Assembly: GCA_037379345.1 (NCBI GenBank)
Contig: CM074511.1
Coordinates: forward strand, 69,632,862 to 69,696,861
DNA: 64,000 nucleotides
Origin: Perna viridis
Lineage: Eukaryota
Direction: 5' to 3'
Part shown: piece by piece, positions 41,150 through 53,683 of the stretch
Numbering within the stretch: the stretch's first letter is position 1
How the letters are laid out: every line of letters begins with the position of its first letter
Program-made: the position numbers and the translations under genes
The notes under the pieces: generated by a model
Database searches by the model: none
Told to the model about the DNA's origin: nothing
What the model saw: only the letters and a program-made list of their open reading frames with translations

Positions 41150-41945
41150 TAGTGGTGAATTTCCCAAATGTGATCACACCTGAGGAGAGAATACCCAAAT
41201 ATAATCATTCCTGTGAAGAATGGCATTGGTTAATTAACCAGAATTTTGTAACTCCCATGGAGAATGACAGTGCGAATTACTCAAATATGCTCTCTCATGT
41301 GGTTGAGGTTAAAACCTGTAGAAATTACAGTGGTGAAAATGTTGTCATTCCTGTAGAGAATAACAATGGTGAATTACCCAAATATAATCATTCTTGTAGA
41401 GAATAACAGAGGTGAATTGCCCAAATATAATCATTCCTGTAGAGAATAACAGTGGTGAATTACCCAAATATAATCATTCCTGTAGAGAATAACAGTGGTG
41501 AATTACCCAAATATAATCATTCCTGTAGAGAATAACAGTGGTGAATTGCCCAAATATAATCATTCCTGTAGAGAATGGCATTGGTGAATTACACAGGTAT
41601 GATCTCTCCTGTGGAGAATAGACGGTGAAAAACCTAATAATAACCGTTCTAGTAAAGAATGTCTATGGTGAATTACCCAAATATGATCTCTTCTGTGGAG
41701 AATAGAGATGGTGAAAAACCTAAAAATGATTTATCCTGAAGAGAATAGGAGTGGTGAATTTATAAAGTATGATCACTCCGGGAGAGTGGCATTGTTGAAA
41801 ATATTATCACTCCTTGGAGAATAGCAGTAGGAAATTACCCAAATACTATCCCTCTTGTATAGAGTGGAATTGTTGAAAATATTATCACTCCTGTAGAGAG
41901 TGGCATTGATGAAATTATTGTCACTCCCGTGGAGAATGGCAGTTG
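41150..41945. repeat. 43-bp minisatellite, homogeneous centre and degenerate edges
   Basis: Unit gtggtgaattacccaaatataatcattcctgtagagaataaca. Confidence 0.85.
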
Positions 41946-42694
41946 TGATTTTTTTCAAATGGTAGAAAGATAGTCCCCTGACCATCATTGATGTCCGATT
42001 TCATTTTGTCAGTATGTATTGTGACAGTTTAGTTCAAAACAAATTAGTTATTTCACATATATTAAATATTTGAAATTACACTGAAAAATTTGGAAAAAAA
42101 TTTTACAAGTCTAAACAGCTTGTTTCTGGGTACCAGATTCTCTATACCAATTCTGTTGATAAGTGATTTGATGAAAAGTAGTTCTCTGTCAGTGTTCTGT
42201 TCTATGATACATTGTGATTGAGGGAAACAAATGAGGTTCTAATGGTTCAAATGACGTCTAGAATCCTGAAGAGATGATATACAGTTCCGAGTTCTATCAC
42301 TTGGAAAATATCCGTTGGATGAACACTTTACTGAGGCCTTGGGGTAAATTGGAATTGATGATTGCACAGACAACTTGAGATTTAAGCACGGAGAATAAAA
42401 CAATAACTGTTCGCCTGAATCGATTTTCTCTGGCAGCAGATAACATTTCCAAGTAAAAAGTTATGATTGATTTTTGATAATGAAAAAATTGATGATTAGA
42501 GTAGAGAATGAGTATTGGCATTTGACAGCTCTCTTAGATTATAGAGGACTCAATCAATACAAATAATACCATTCTAGTCTATGTTTATGTAAGCTTCCCA
42601 AGATTTCATGTTTCTATTTTAAGTACTCTTGCTCAATCATCAAGTAGAAGAAATTACAAAACACTAGCGTTTTACTGGAAGGTTTTATTAAGTT

Positions 42695-42711
42695 GGAAAT
42701 TCCTGACGTCA
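42695..42711. promoter_or_regulatory. Perfect CRE palindrome TGACGTCA (42704-42711) abutting a Rel/NF-kB-like GGAAATTCC (42695-42703)
   Basis: The motifs are read directly; function is inferred. A near-CRE TGACGTCT lies at 42252-42259. Confidence 0.45.
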
Positions 42712-44298
42712 TTCCTTTCTCTAAGGTCTCAGAATGAATCATTTGTAAAGTAAATTGGTTTTTCCTCAAACCTTTGATCTGGTATCGTATTTTCTTGAAA
42801 ACTGGATCTTAAAAATGCAAATGTTTCTATTTCTGATGACGGCTGTAGTCTACTTGAACTTTTGTCCTCTCCAGAAATATTTTATGAAGGAATCTTTCTA
42901 TTGATTTTAACCTAACTGTCATACATACTCTGACTTGTCAGTCCGGAGCAGTAAATACAAACTTATGTCAGATTCACTATATGTGGTGCCTTTTGTGAGC
43001 AAGTTCTTATGCAAGTAAGAATTGCACCACTTAATGTGTATGTGTTATTGTGCTTCTGTGACTAAGATATTTCTGACCTAATGCAAACATAAATCTTAAA
43101 AAAACTAAGATCAAAGTCCCTTTTTGGTTGGAAAAAAAAACATGCCATGTGTTAAAGTGCCCTCTTCCCTGCACCTCAAGTTCCTTGTGTGAACTGCACT
43201 TTGAGTGTGACTGTTACTATTGTCCTCAGATATTGCATGCCCAGTGCATGTGTGTCCTGTACCTAATAGTGTTGCCTAACATGACTGCCCATTGCCTGTA
43301 TGAACTGTTCTTTGAGTCAGACTACCAATTGCCTGTAGGTAGTTTCACCTTTGTGTGTGATTAGTTCTGCCCACTGTGAGTATCTACTATAAACTGCCCT
43401 TTGAGTGTGACCGCCCATTGCTTGTAAGTATTGTCCCCTGTGGATAAGTGTCAAGTCACTGTAAGCACTCCCAAATTGTGTAAAGAAGTGTCCTATGTTT
43501 GTTACCCATTGCCTGTAAATATTCTCAATGTGCATGCCCATTGCCTTTATGCACTCTGTAAATGAATTTGTACTCTGTAATCTTAACTGTGTGATTGACT
43601 GGTTGCCCATTGATGTAAGTACTCCCTTCTTTGTGTGAGTGCTGATTGCCTGTGCCTTCTGTGATTGAGCACACAGACACTGTAAGTACTCCCAACTGTA
43701 TGTGGTTGCCCATTTTCTTTAGGTTGTGCCCTCTGTGTTCATGTTAATCATTGGAGAGAAGAGAAAAACAGTGTGTAGCTTTTAATTTATTTAGGAAGTG
43801 ATTATTTAAATTCCACTTAATTTTTACTTTGTATGTTAAGAAAGTGTTTTTTTTTTTCTTCATCTCTGATAAAATCATAACATTCTGAATCAATCGTGAC
43901 CTGATTTTCTTGATATTTAACCATATGTTCCCTGTATGAAGTATCTTTGTGAGTGTGGTATTGTTGTACTAAATGTATACTGGTACTCAATTTACTGATA
44001 CATTTGCTCTCTAAAGTTCAGGCCATTCTTGGCTTAGAAATGGTCACAGTTGTATTGGCTGAGACAGAAAGTGATGTTTCCACCAAGAAGAAGAGATATG
44101 TTGTTTTGTAGTAGTACCTTGGTATACATTACTGTTTCCCTTTACTCTATGTTGAATGGGAGGTCGATATATCTAATGTACATAATTTTACATGTTTAAT
44201 TGAATCCTTGTTGCAATCAACGGAAACAGCTGCTGCATAATGTTGATACAATATTATCGTGTAGCCATGATGGTATACCACGTCTTATAGAGGAAGCT

Positions 44299-44336
44299 AT
44301 GTACTACGAATGGGGTGTCGGTTTGGCAAATATGAG
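44299..44336 (+). CDS. Candidate alternative first exon of a UCR1-less PDE4 isoform
   Basis: MYYEWGVGLANM followed by AG|GTGTAT (phase 2, fits the 45780 exon); an overlapping GTATGT at 44339 would be phase 1 (fits 49703). Six CpGs in 44161-44340 against a CpG-poor background. Confidence 0.4.
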
Positions 44337-45779
44337 GTGTATGTATTCTGTATGGCTTAAGGTCCTATGTTAGCTTTATGGAGTATATTTTTGATATTGA
44401 TTGCAGTGTGAAGTGAACACAACCAATGGATTTTCACTTAAGTTGCTATTTTATTACATTTCCAACAATGTTTTATATATAAATAGACCATCTGTTGTTT
44501 CATTCTGTAGATGTTAGCATTTGTTGGTTATAACAAAAAGAATTTTAAAAAATTTACTTTTTTTTTTTAATTTTGTTAAAGTTAAAGGTTGAAGTTCTAG
44601 CAAAAAAGAAAACACTAATATGGATTTTCTTTTCAACCTTTCAACAGTTTTCCCCTAAGGTTAATTATTTTCTACTTTCTAGTAATCATGGTTTTTATAT
44701 CAGCACTAAATTTGGAATATCAAAACAAGAAAAATGATAAAAACACACATGTCTACTATTCCTTACTTCACATTTCAAAAGTTGTTACCGCAGGATGTCA
44801 TGATGTGCCAAGTAACTTATATTGAGCTAGTGGTATTGAGTACACAAAGATCAAAGGTAAAGGGTCATTGATACACATAAAGATTTTTCTTTTTCTCTAT
44901 TAAAATACAGCAATTTTCAGATAAAAGTTAATTCCACCACTTAGATGCTGTTTGTCATTTTGGTGCTTTTGGTCTACGACTTATTTGAGCATTTGAATTC
45001 TGTTTGTGTAAAGCCTTTTGACATTTGACCAGCCATGTGTTGGACTTCATTGATCAGTAAAAACAGTTTTCATGTCTCTTGCTCAGTGGTGACAACAAAA
45101 ATCAATGTTCTTACAATCACAGTAAATCACATTCAGTCTTGGTTTGTAGTTATCAATAGTTTGTGATTACAGGTAATTTTCTGATTAAAATTGCAGTTTT
45201 CGTAGATTGTGGCTGTACAATTATTCTTTGAAATCAATGAAGAATAGTAGAAGTATATTGCTATCAAAGCTGTGAAACTCTGCAGGGAATAGAATTATTA
45301 ATATTGAATAGGAGAAATTCCTAAAGTTTGGAGTTGATGAACTAGAATGATTGACGGATTGTAAAAGACCTTCTATAATGATTGTACTACGGTAATCTGT
45401 ATTGGTTTCTTATGGAAAGATCGGCACCATCACAACAGATAAAACTACTTATCATACATCTAGATTTGAAATCCCCAGCACATTAATAAGAAGACTTTGT
45501 GTGTATGGTTCCTACTTCTTGGCATTGAGCATACAAGTTTTTTGTTGTGCATGTCTGTCCTGTATATTTCTCTACAATTATAACGTTGATGCCCATCATA
45601 CTTATGCATTCAGCTTTATTCTGATACGTTCTACCATACCTCATTGTAAGAACTTTTGTGACAGCTCATTAATATAGGCAGGGTTATCCAGTGATACATT
45701 CTTCTGAGTGTTGCCATTTTGTGAAGTTTATGTAGCTATGGTCTTCACTAAATCAGTATACAAAGTTTTTATTTTTTAG

Positions 45780-45853
45780 ATCGAGAGGTGGCCCTTCTGG
45801 TTCACACAGTCATGGTAAATCTTCCTCAGGACAGGAAAACAATAAAGTGCCAG
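45780..45853 (+). CDS. PDE4: PDE4 exon: linker region 1 (LR1) between UCR1 and UCR2
   Basis: Acceptor tttttattttttag, donor CAG|GTAACT at 45854; 74 nt, phase 2 to phase 1, exactly the change needed to join the flanking exons. Encodes (R)SRGGPSGSHSHGKSSSGQENNKVP with no stop; low-complexity linker as expected for LR1. Confidence 0.85.
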
Positions 45854-46040
45854 GTAACTCTTCATCTAATGTTGAAGTTAGAAAATCTATGATGACTTTT
45901 TACACAACATTTTTATGTCATTGTACCATTTCCAATTTGAAAAAAAAAGGTTATAATACTTTCTTTTAAATGATAAGTTGAATTAAGATTATAAATTGTG
46001 GTGTGTAATCTTTCTTTTTTTTAAGTCTGTGGTTGCCATG

Positions 46041-46495
46041 TAGGTATCAGTCTTGTATTACATATTCCTGAGCAGGTGTACGTCAAAACACGGAGGGTGT
46101 TTCCTTTTTGCCTTTTCATTTTTTTGTTTCTTGGCAAATGGCTATAATTTTTCATCAGAAGTACAGGGTAAATATCAAGCTATGACACAATAAACTTGTT
46201 TTTGAGGAAAAACAGTATTTTCATGAAAAATGATACTTCAGAAAAGGGGTCTATTTTATGAAATCAAAATAAAAGTGAAAGTAGAAAAGTCTATTTTTAG
46301 TTTGACCTGTCCTGGTGTACCAAAGTTCATGCCTTTTTTTCTAAAATGGACCTAAAAATTATTTTTGACATTTCCTTAATTGAAAAACATGGTTAAAAGT
46401 TAGATTGAAACTCCTTGTGTATTTTTTTAAAAATCATGAAAATTTAAGGTATACTATAGAAGCCTATGGGGCAAAGAATACAAGACTGAGACCTG
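46041..46495. mobile_element. TIR-bounded MITE, copy A
   Basis: Ends taggtatcagtcttgtatt ... aatacaagactgagacctg (19-bp TIR, 2 mismatches); near-identical to 47743-48216. Confidence 0.8.
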
Positions 46496-47742
46496 ATAAC
46501 CAGTTTCAGTTGAAAGTGAGATTTTTTAGTGAGTTTCAATTATCCTATAAGCTTTCAAACAACAATATATCATATTTTATACTAAATGGAGCAACTTGAA
46601 TGGAATAAAGTGATGCAAGGCCTTATTTTTTACTTGTATGGCATATTTTTACTAATTTTGGAAATTAGCGATGTTTTTATAGATTAAAAGATGACCAATG
46701 GATTGCATTTGTTATTATGAAAAGTTTTCTCAACACAACTATCTAAGAAATAAATAGGAGACTTAAATTGCTGAATTATAAACAGTTTTGATTTTTTGAC
46801 ATTTTTAATACTTTGAGTAGAGACTTGAAAATGGTCGAATTGCACTTGTTACACATGACATATAAAAACTTAAATATTTTTTGCATTTTCACTTTTATTC
46901 TACTTTAACTGCTCAAGAAGTGCTGTACTACAGCCATTTGATTGATTTAAAGTAAAAACTGACCAATAAAACATTTTTTATCTCATAAATGACCATTTCT
47001 AATGGTACTTCCACTCAAATTCTAATGCGGCTTATAAAAAATTGGTGGTAATGACATATAAAAAAATGAATTTTCTTCAATAGTGTGTGAAGTAAGTAGA
47101 AACTTTGATGTTTTCTGTGTATGTTATTTACTGTTCTTGCAAAATATTTATCTGTGTCTGTGAGATATTTCTCATTTTGTAATTACCAAGAACATTTATA
47201 CATGTCCAAGGTACCAAATGTGACTCAAAATCAGCATTTTAGGGAACTAAGGTTTCTTTTTCATTAAAATAATGATAAATATACAACATTTTGACTCTTA
47301 TTTTACCTTCGTGTAAACAAGAACTTCAACTCTGTGCAATTGGCTGTTTCAGTAAGCAGATTTTAAATTATCAAGAGGCTCCCTTGTGTTAAGGCTAAAA
47401 AAAAGGGGGGGTCCAAACTTGACTTTTTGTGAATATGGGCCAAAAAAATTGAGATTTTGAAACAATTTGGTATTCATTGAATAGTTAAGGCATGTGTCTT
47501 ATCAATACAGACCATATTTAATGTTTAAAAAGGTAACTAAATTATTTTTTGTCAAAACTTGTCTTTTTTGCAAAATTTTAGATATTTGACTTAATACTGT
47601 TAAAGTGTACCTATATGAAAATTGGAACAAAAATTCACAGGAAAGCAGGAGGACAGAGATATTTTGTGTTTAAGTTGGAAATTGAACACAGTTATAGAAA
47701 AAACAACAACATTTAAAGATATCTGAAAGTTTTTATTAGTAA

Positions 47743-48216
47743 TAGGTATCAGTCTTGTATTACATATTCCTGAGCAGGTGTACGTCAAAACATGGAGGCT
47801 GAACAAAATATAATGTGCTTCCTTTTTACCTTTTTATGTTTTTGTTTCTTGGCAAATGGCTATAATTTTTCATCAGAAGTACAGGGTAAATATCAAGCTG
47901 TGACACAATAAACTTGTTTTTGAGGAAAAACAGTATTTTCATGAAAAAGAATGCTTCAGAGAAGGGGTCTATTTTATGAACTCAAAATAAAAGTGAAAGT
48001 AGAAAAAGTCTATTTTTAGTTTGACCTGTCCTGGTGTACCGAAGTTTGTGCCTTTTTTTTTCTAAAATGGACCTAAAAAATTTTTTTGACATTTCCTTAA
48101 TTGAAAAACATGGTTTAAAGTTAGATTGAAACTTCTTGTGTATTTTTTTAAAAATTATGAAAATTTAAGGTATACTATAGAAGCCTATGTGGCAAAGAAT
48201 ACAAGACTGAGACCTG
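47743..48216. mobile_element. TIR-bounded MITE, copy B
   Basis: Same TIRs and internal sequence as copy A, same orientation, with an extra segment (ctgaacaaaatataat) near the left end. Confidence 0.8.
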
Positions 48217-49702
48217 TAGTTAATTTTGTATGTGCTGGATGTTTAAGAAAAACAAGGATTATCTCCCTTGTACCAATTTATATTTGAAGTACAACTTTTC
48301 CTTTTTTGGTGAGGAAGCAAAAATTCATTTTTTCTTTAAAATATGGTTTGTGTGATCCTTAAACCTGCACTTCCAAAGATTTTGGTTTATATATAACAAG
48401 TTTTTGATTAAATGAGAGAAAAAGGCAGCCATTATGGCATGATGGTTTATAGTAAAATTCTTTGATCTGTTCTTTATTGAACCACAGTAGAAGATTTTAA
48501 TTTTTTTGCACTGAATTTTTTTATTGATAACCTGCATGGCTTTCTGATTGAAAAAAATGATGATTTTAGATACTAAATCATTTTATGATGGAGTACTTTC
48601 AGGTCTTAATACTTACTTCTGAAGTATGTCAAATAACTTAGTCATTTTGAAGGAAACAGAATAAAAAATTGCTCTACTTTTGTGGCTAGATGAATCTATA
48701 CGCGAGCTGAAGCACGTTTGTCAAGTCATTATTTAACAAGGACTGTAAAACAATATGTATTAATTACTGCTTCTTATGACATTGGACTCTGTGAGAAATA
48801 AACAGATTTAATGAGTTTGACAGGAAACAAGTCTTGGTAAATCATACACCTTGTGTGTTTGATGTAGCAGTCCTTAAATACATGGTCCTTCTAATCAATG
48901 AAGTCATATGTAATGTAAATCTTTGTGTATCCCTTGTTCTGACTTCTTGTTCTTATGTCAGCCTACTTATTCATTTACTATAATGTTTACTACAAGCATA
49001 AATTTACATTGTTCAGGTCAAAAGGTCATATGTTGTAGAAACTTCTCTGGTTTCCGGGCTAAATTTATCATTTACAAAATTTAGAATGCATACAAATAAA
49101 CAGTGTAATGTTTTTATTGTCATTTACTAGACCTTTCCTGATAGAGACAACAGAGAAGAGGACCACCAGTACAAATCTATTTGAAAAATTAATCGTGTCG
49201 GAAATATCTAATAAATTTCTTAAAAAGTGCTTATTTTGTGTATTTTAAGAAGTAAGCTTTCCAAGTAATTATGTTTACTACTGGTACACTTCCTTCCTAA
49301 ACCCCAGGCTTAATTTGTTCGGGGAAAACAATCCTCTGTGTATTTCTGTTGGCTTGAAATGGAGGCCAATTGAGTACTTATTGCTGTCAAATTAGGCAAC
49401 TTGGCTACTTCTAATTTATACCAGTCTACAGTTTAATTAGTGCTTCATGACGGTGTTCAAGTTCCAATATCTTGAAATAAAGGCTTACAGCACATCTAAA
49501 GCAATGGCATATGTTCTATACCTCTTTAACATTGAAAATCATCAGAGTTATTATATAAATGACATGTACTTATGATATACAGCTAATTAATGTTTTGTTT
49601 CTAACTATCCTGATCATAGTAAAACATACCCACTGACATTTACCTTGATTGATATGTTGAAGATGTTCAGGATTGTTTTCATCTTGTCATATTTCTTTGC
49701 AG

Positions 49703-49815
49703 ATGAAAAATATTCACAAATGGCCCTGGATACCTTAGAGGAATTAGATTGGTGTTTAGACCAATTAGAAACCATTCAGACACATCGGTCAGTCAGTGAC
49801 ATGGCATCAAGCAAG
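49703..49815 (+). CDS. PDE4: PDE4 exon: N-terminal half of UCR2
   Basis: Acceptor atttctttgcag, donor AAG|GTAACT at 49816; 113 nt, phase 1 to 0. Encodes (D)[37 protein letters not shown], the PDE4 [14 protein letters not shown] motif. Confidence 0.97.
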
Positions 49816-50474
49816 GTAACTATAGTGTGGGTAGACATATCATTGGTTGATTGACATCTCACGCTTATACCATACAATTGGTACTAGAATATGAAAATCG
49901 GAGGATATTTAGCCTGGTTACCATAGAATTAATGGTTATGTAAGGTCTATCTGTCATAGTGACGGCAGTCACACTATGTTTATAGTAGAAATAGTGAAAG
50001 AATTGAAAAACACAGTAGCAATAGACATAATAGTTATAACATCTACAAAATACTTGATAATTAGTATGATTGGAGTAACCAATAACAAATGACTTGGACC
50101 ATTCATCCCTAAAATCAGCATACAATGTCATCTTATTTTGTGTGGTAGTATAAGCCTATAGTAACCAGGTGGACAAATTGTTGCTGAAATCTTTTGATAT
50201 TCAAACCAAATGACATAGAAAATATACTGACTCTCTCTTTTGTCTTGGTTACTTATACGGATGAATTGGATATGAATTTGATTTTTATTTAAAAGAAAGG
50301 TTTAGGATTGGCAATGATATTCATGCTTGAGTTTTTAGTTTTCTGTTTATACATTCTATAACTGAACATGTTTTTTTAAAAGAAAACATAATGGCATAAA
50401 ATTTATATATGAAGTGTGAATGGCTATTTGATGAAACTGATTTCTGACTGGAACATTGTTTTTTTTCTTTGTAG

Positions 50475-50568
50475 TTCAAACGAATGCTAAATAGGGAGCT
50501 AAGCCATTTTGCAGAATCTAGTAAATCTGGGAACCAGATTGCAGAATATATATGTAACACATATTTAG
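50475..50568 (+). CDS. PDE4: PDE4 exon: C-terminal half of UCR2
   Basis: Acceptor ttttttctttgtag, donor G|GTGAGT at 50569; 94 nt, phase 0 to 1. Encodes [31 protein letters not shown], the PDE4 [13 protein letters not shown] motif. Confidence 0.97.
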
Positions 50569-52362
50569 GTGAGTAGAATTTCTAGTAGTTCTGTTCTGGT
50601 TAAGTTCTACAGCAGTACAAGTTAGATCAACATACAGCAGCCATTACTTGCAGTGGGGGGTGGGGGTGCTAAGTTTGGTTTAAATTTTCTTGTATGCCAT
50701 TACTTTCTCAGCCATGAAAATAAAGAAAATATCAAATGTTTGCCTTATGTCTTTAATCTCAGATATTGCTGTGTGATATTCTAATATGAATGCTTTTAAT
50801 ATAGGATGACCAACTCCTTATTTTTATTTTCATTGTTAATGTTAAGTGTAAATTTAGTTTTTTTCCCATTCTCTATTGTATCATAAGACTGGAATGTAAT
50901 TTTATAAGCATGGTTTCCTGATCATGTGACAGCTTCTATGGGGCATGTTGATTGGACATGGTATGGAGAATTAAGTCAGACAATAATTAATCTTCAGGTC
51001 ATGGACTATATGTTTACAGGCAGTGACTTATTTGTACCTAAGACCTGTGTTTATATTTCCTGGTTCTTTCATTACATAATAATGTAATTAATGCCCAAGC
51101 TAAATTTTACTTGAGAATTCAGTTTATGTTGTCAAATGTTCTTTAAATTCATGTACTTGGTTGTCTTAAGAATTCTGATTGTGGTTGCGGTTTTTGGTTA
51201 ATTCCAAAAGTCTGACACAGACATTGTACTTTTATGTCTCAGATTTTACAAAAAAATAGAGATCTCTTGCTGTTATTGATATACCAACATCATGTCTTTA
51301 GTAAAATCACATTATGTACTATTAATGGAGGTGGGAGCAATTTTTGACAGCATGCCATTTATTAATGAACCACATTGATAGGGAACACTTCGATCAATTA
51401 AGACATTCTCATGATTTACACCTATTGATATTTGTGTACTGACATTGTTTTGTTATCTTGGTAGAGTACTGGTTCAATGAATTGTGATGGCGTTCAGGTT
51501 TTCCATACTTTCAAGTGCAGTCCACTTTACCCACTGAATATATTTATTCTTTTATCCTGCATCTAAATTTGAAAAATCATGAGTGATAGTGATTATTTTG
51601 TTATTTCACATATGTGTGAGGAAGATCAAATTTTAAAACAAGTACATAATAACAGAGTTAATTAAAATTTGATAGTCACCAAGTCTAAAAACTGTTATCA
51701 CGACACAATGATATCAAAGTCAATTACTACCGGTATGTACTTTGAGTTTCTTCTTTATCTGGTACTTTGGTGAAACTTTTCATCTGAAACAAGAAAGATT
51801 AATATAGTTTAACTTTAATGTTGATAGGCAGATACAGTACTTGTGATTTGTGTGAATTCTTGAAATAAGTTAGAATTATATTCTCTTTGTAAGTGAATGG
51901 AAATGATATGAGACCTCTACTTTAGGATGAATATATAGGTCATTCAAACCAATAGTACCAGTAACTGTTAAATATTCTTGGGAGAAAGGTTATGTACTTC
52001 TTAAAAAATTATATGTACATGTACCAGTAATAGAAATGTCCTTGCTAGGATTAGGGAGATTTAACATTAATTTCTAATTAATTATAAGAATTTGAGGAAT
52101 TTTAGAAACTAAATATTTGGTTATTTTCAGCTCCTGTTAAGTTCCTAAGTGTTTTGTCTTTCTATGGAGAAATGTGAGATTGACCTACTTGTTACAGTTT
52201 TCTGTTGAGACAGTGCTTTCTGTATGGCTTTATTAGATATCACAACCTTCTCCGTCAATTAGGAAGTTCTTCTTTCCTCTACTTGGAAGGGCTTCATGTC
52301 TGATCTGATCAGTAGTTGTCTAGCCTATCAGGAAACCATAGCAAGGAAATTGGGATCAGTGT

Positions 52363-52925
52363 TATGTTTGGCTGTTAACATCTCTAGGTTCCCCAACACT
52401 CGTCCTCTCTTTACCTGACCAGGATCCATGATATATTTGGCTGTTAACATCTCTTGGTTCTCCCACACTCGTCCTCTCTCTACCTGACTTCAAGATCCAT
52501 GATATGTTTGGCTGTTCACATCTTTCAGGTTCCCCCACACTCGTCCTCTCTCTACTTGACTTCAGGATCAGTGATATGTTTAACTGTAAACATCTCTGAG
52601 TTCCCCACACTGCTCCTCTCTCTACCTGACTTCAGGGTCAGTGATACGTTTGGCTGTTAAAATCTCTGGGTTCCTCACACTGCTCTTCTCTCTACCTGAC
52701 TTCATGGTCAGTGATATTTTTGGCTGTAAACGTCTCTGGGTTCCCCACACTGTTCCTCTCTCTACCTGATTTCAGGATCAGTGATACGTTTGGCTGTTAA
52801 CATCTGTCAGTGCCCTCACAGTTCTCCAGTCTTCTCCTGACTTCAGGGTCAGTTATACGTTTGGCTGTTAACATCTATCAGTGCCCTCACAGTTCTCCAG
52901 TCTTCTCCTGACTTCAGGACTAGTG
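52363..52925. repeat. ~70-bp minisatellite
   Basis: Unit tttggctgttaacatctct..gttcccccacactcgtcctctctctacctgacttcaggatcagtgata. Confidence 0.88.
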
Positions 52926-53104
52926 ACTTATGGATGTTTGCTGGTCTGTTTAAGAATAACAAGCATTTTAAAAGGTTGTGAAATCTTTTCAGATCTTTCA
53001 TGCTAGAACAATATAGTTTTTTTTCACATGTGGAAAATTTCCCATTTTTCTTCAAAAACTGGATGAGGTTTTTTTTTGCTGAATGTCATTTCTGCAGCAG
53101 ATAA

Positions 53105-53310
53105 ACTGCACAAAAATTAATTCGAGGATACCAATTTTCATGGATTAGAAAGAAACGCAAGTTCGTGGATTCTTAAATTTGTGGTTTTGAGGTATTCAAT
53201 ATACACATCAATGAAAATCTCCTTTTTGTTGAGAACCAAATTTCGTGGTTTGGACTACCCATGAAAACCACAAAAATTGGTACCCCATGAACAATAGTAC
53301 TTTCACAGTA
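53105..53310. mobile_element. Small MITE (actg...cacagta termini)
   Basis: Quasi-inverted ends: ggataccaattttcatgg near the left, ccacaaaaattggtacccc...ttcacagta at the right. Resembles a common bivalve MITE (from memory). Confidence 0.6.
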
Positions 53311-53599
53311 GATGGGTCAGTATGCTCATTTTGGAGATATAGATATAGAAATTTTGGTGGGAAAAGGATTTCTTTAGATTTTCCATGGGTCACAGTAGGT
53401 TTTATCCAATAAATAGATTTTTTCTGTTAAAACTGCTGATGAAATAACAAGGATCAATAAAAACTTCCCAAATAACACTTTGATGTGTGTTTAATGAAAG
53501 TATGAAAAGAAAAATGAGAGTCACTGGGCAAAAAATATTAATGCAAGGAAATGGATAAAACAAGAGGAGTTGGAAAATCTGACAAAAATGGCAGAACAT

Positions 53600-53683
53600 G
53601 ACCAGCGAACATCCTTCAGCTTAATTGATAGAGCACTGGCATACATTGAAAGAGGTCCTGGGTTAAATTCCCTGCTGGTACCA
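53600..53683 (+). pseudogene. Degenerate tRNA-like sequence (tRNA pseudogene or SINE head)
   Basis: A-box-like agcttaattgatagagcac, B-box-like gggttaaattccc, ends gctggtacca; mismatched to consensus and no clean cloverleaf. Confidence 0.35.

Noticed and set aside
42274-42349. ATG-initiated stretch MIYSSEFYHLENIRWMNTLLRPW ending at GG|GTAAAT
   Set aside because: Weak donor in phase 1, which does not fit the next (phase-2) exon; kept only as part of the CpG/CRE cluster.
43140-43720. Cys-rich ORFs in a region with recurring gcccattgcctgta
   Set aside because: Highly decayed tandem repeat; the unit could not be defined reliably and there is no coding evidence.
50321-50560. Minus-strand ORF overlapping the UCR2b exon
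   Set aside because: Antisense shadow of a real exon with no independent support.
53600-53683. Functional tRNA gene
   Set aside because: A and B boxes are degenerate and the acceptor-stem spacing is wrong; treated as a relic.
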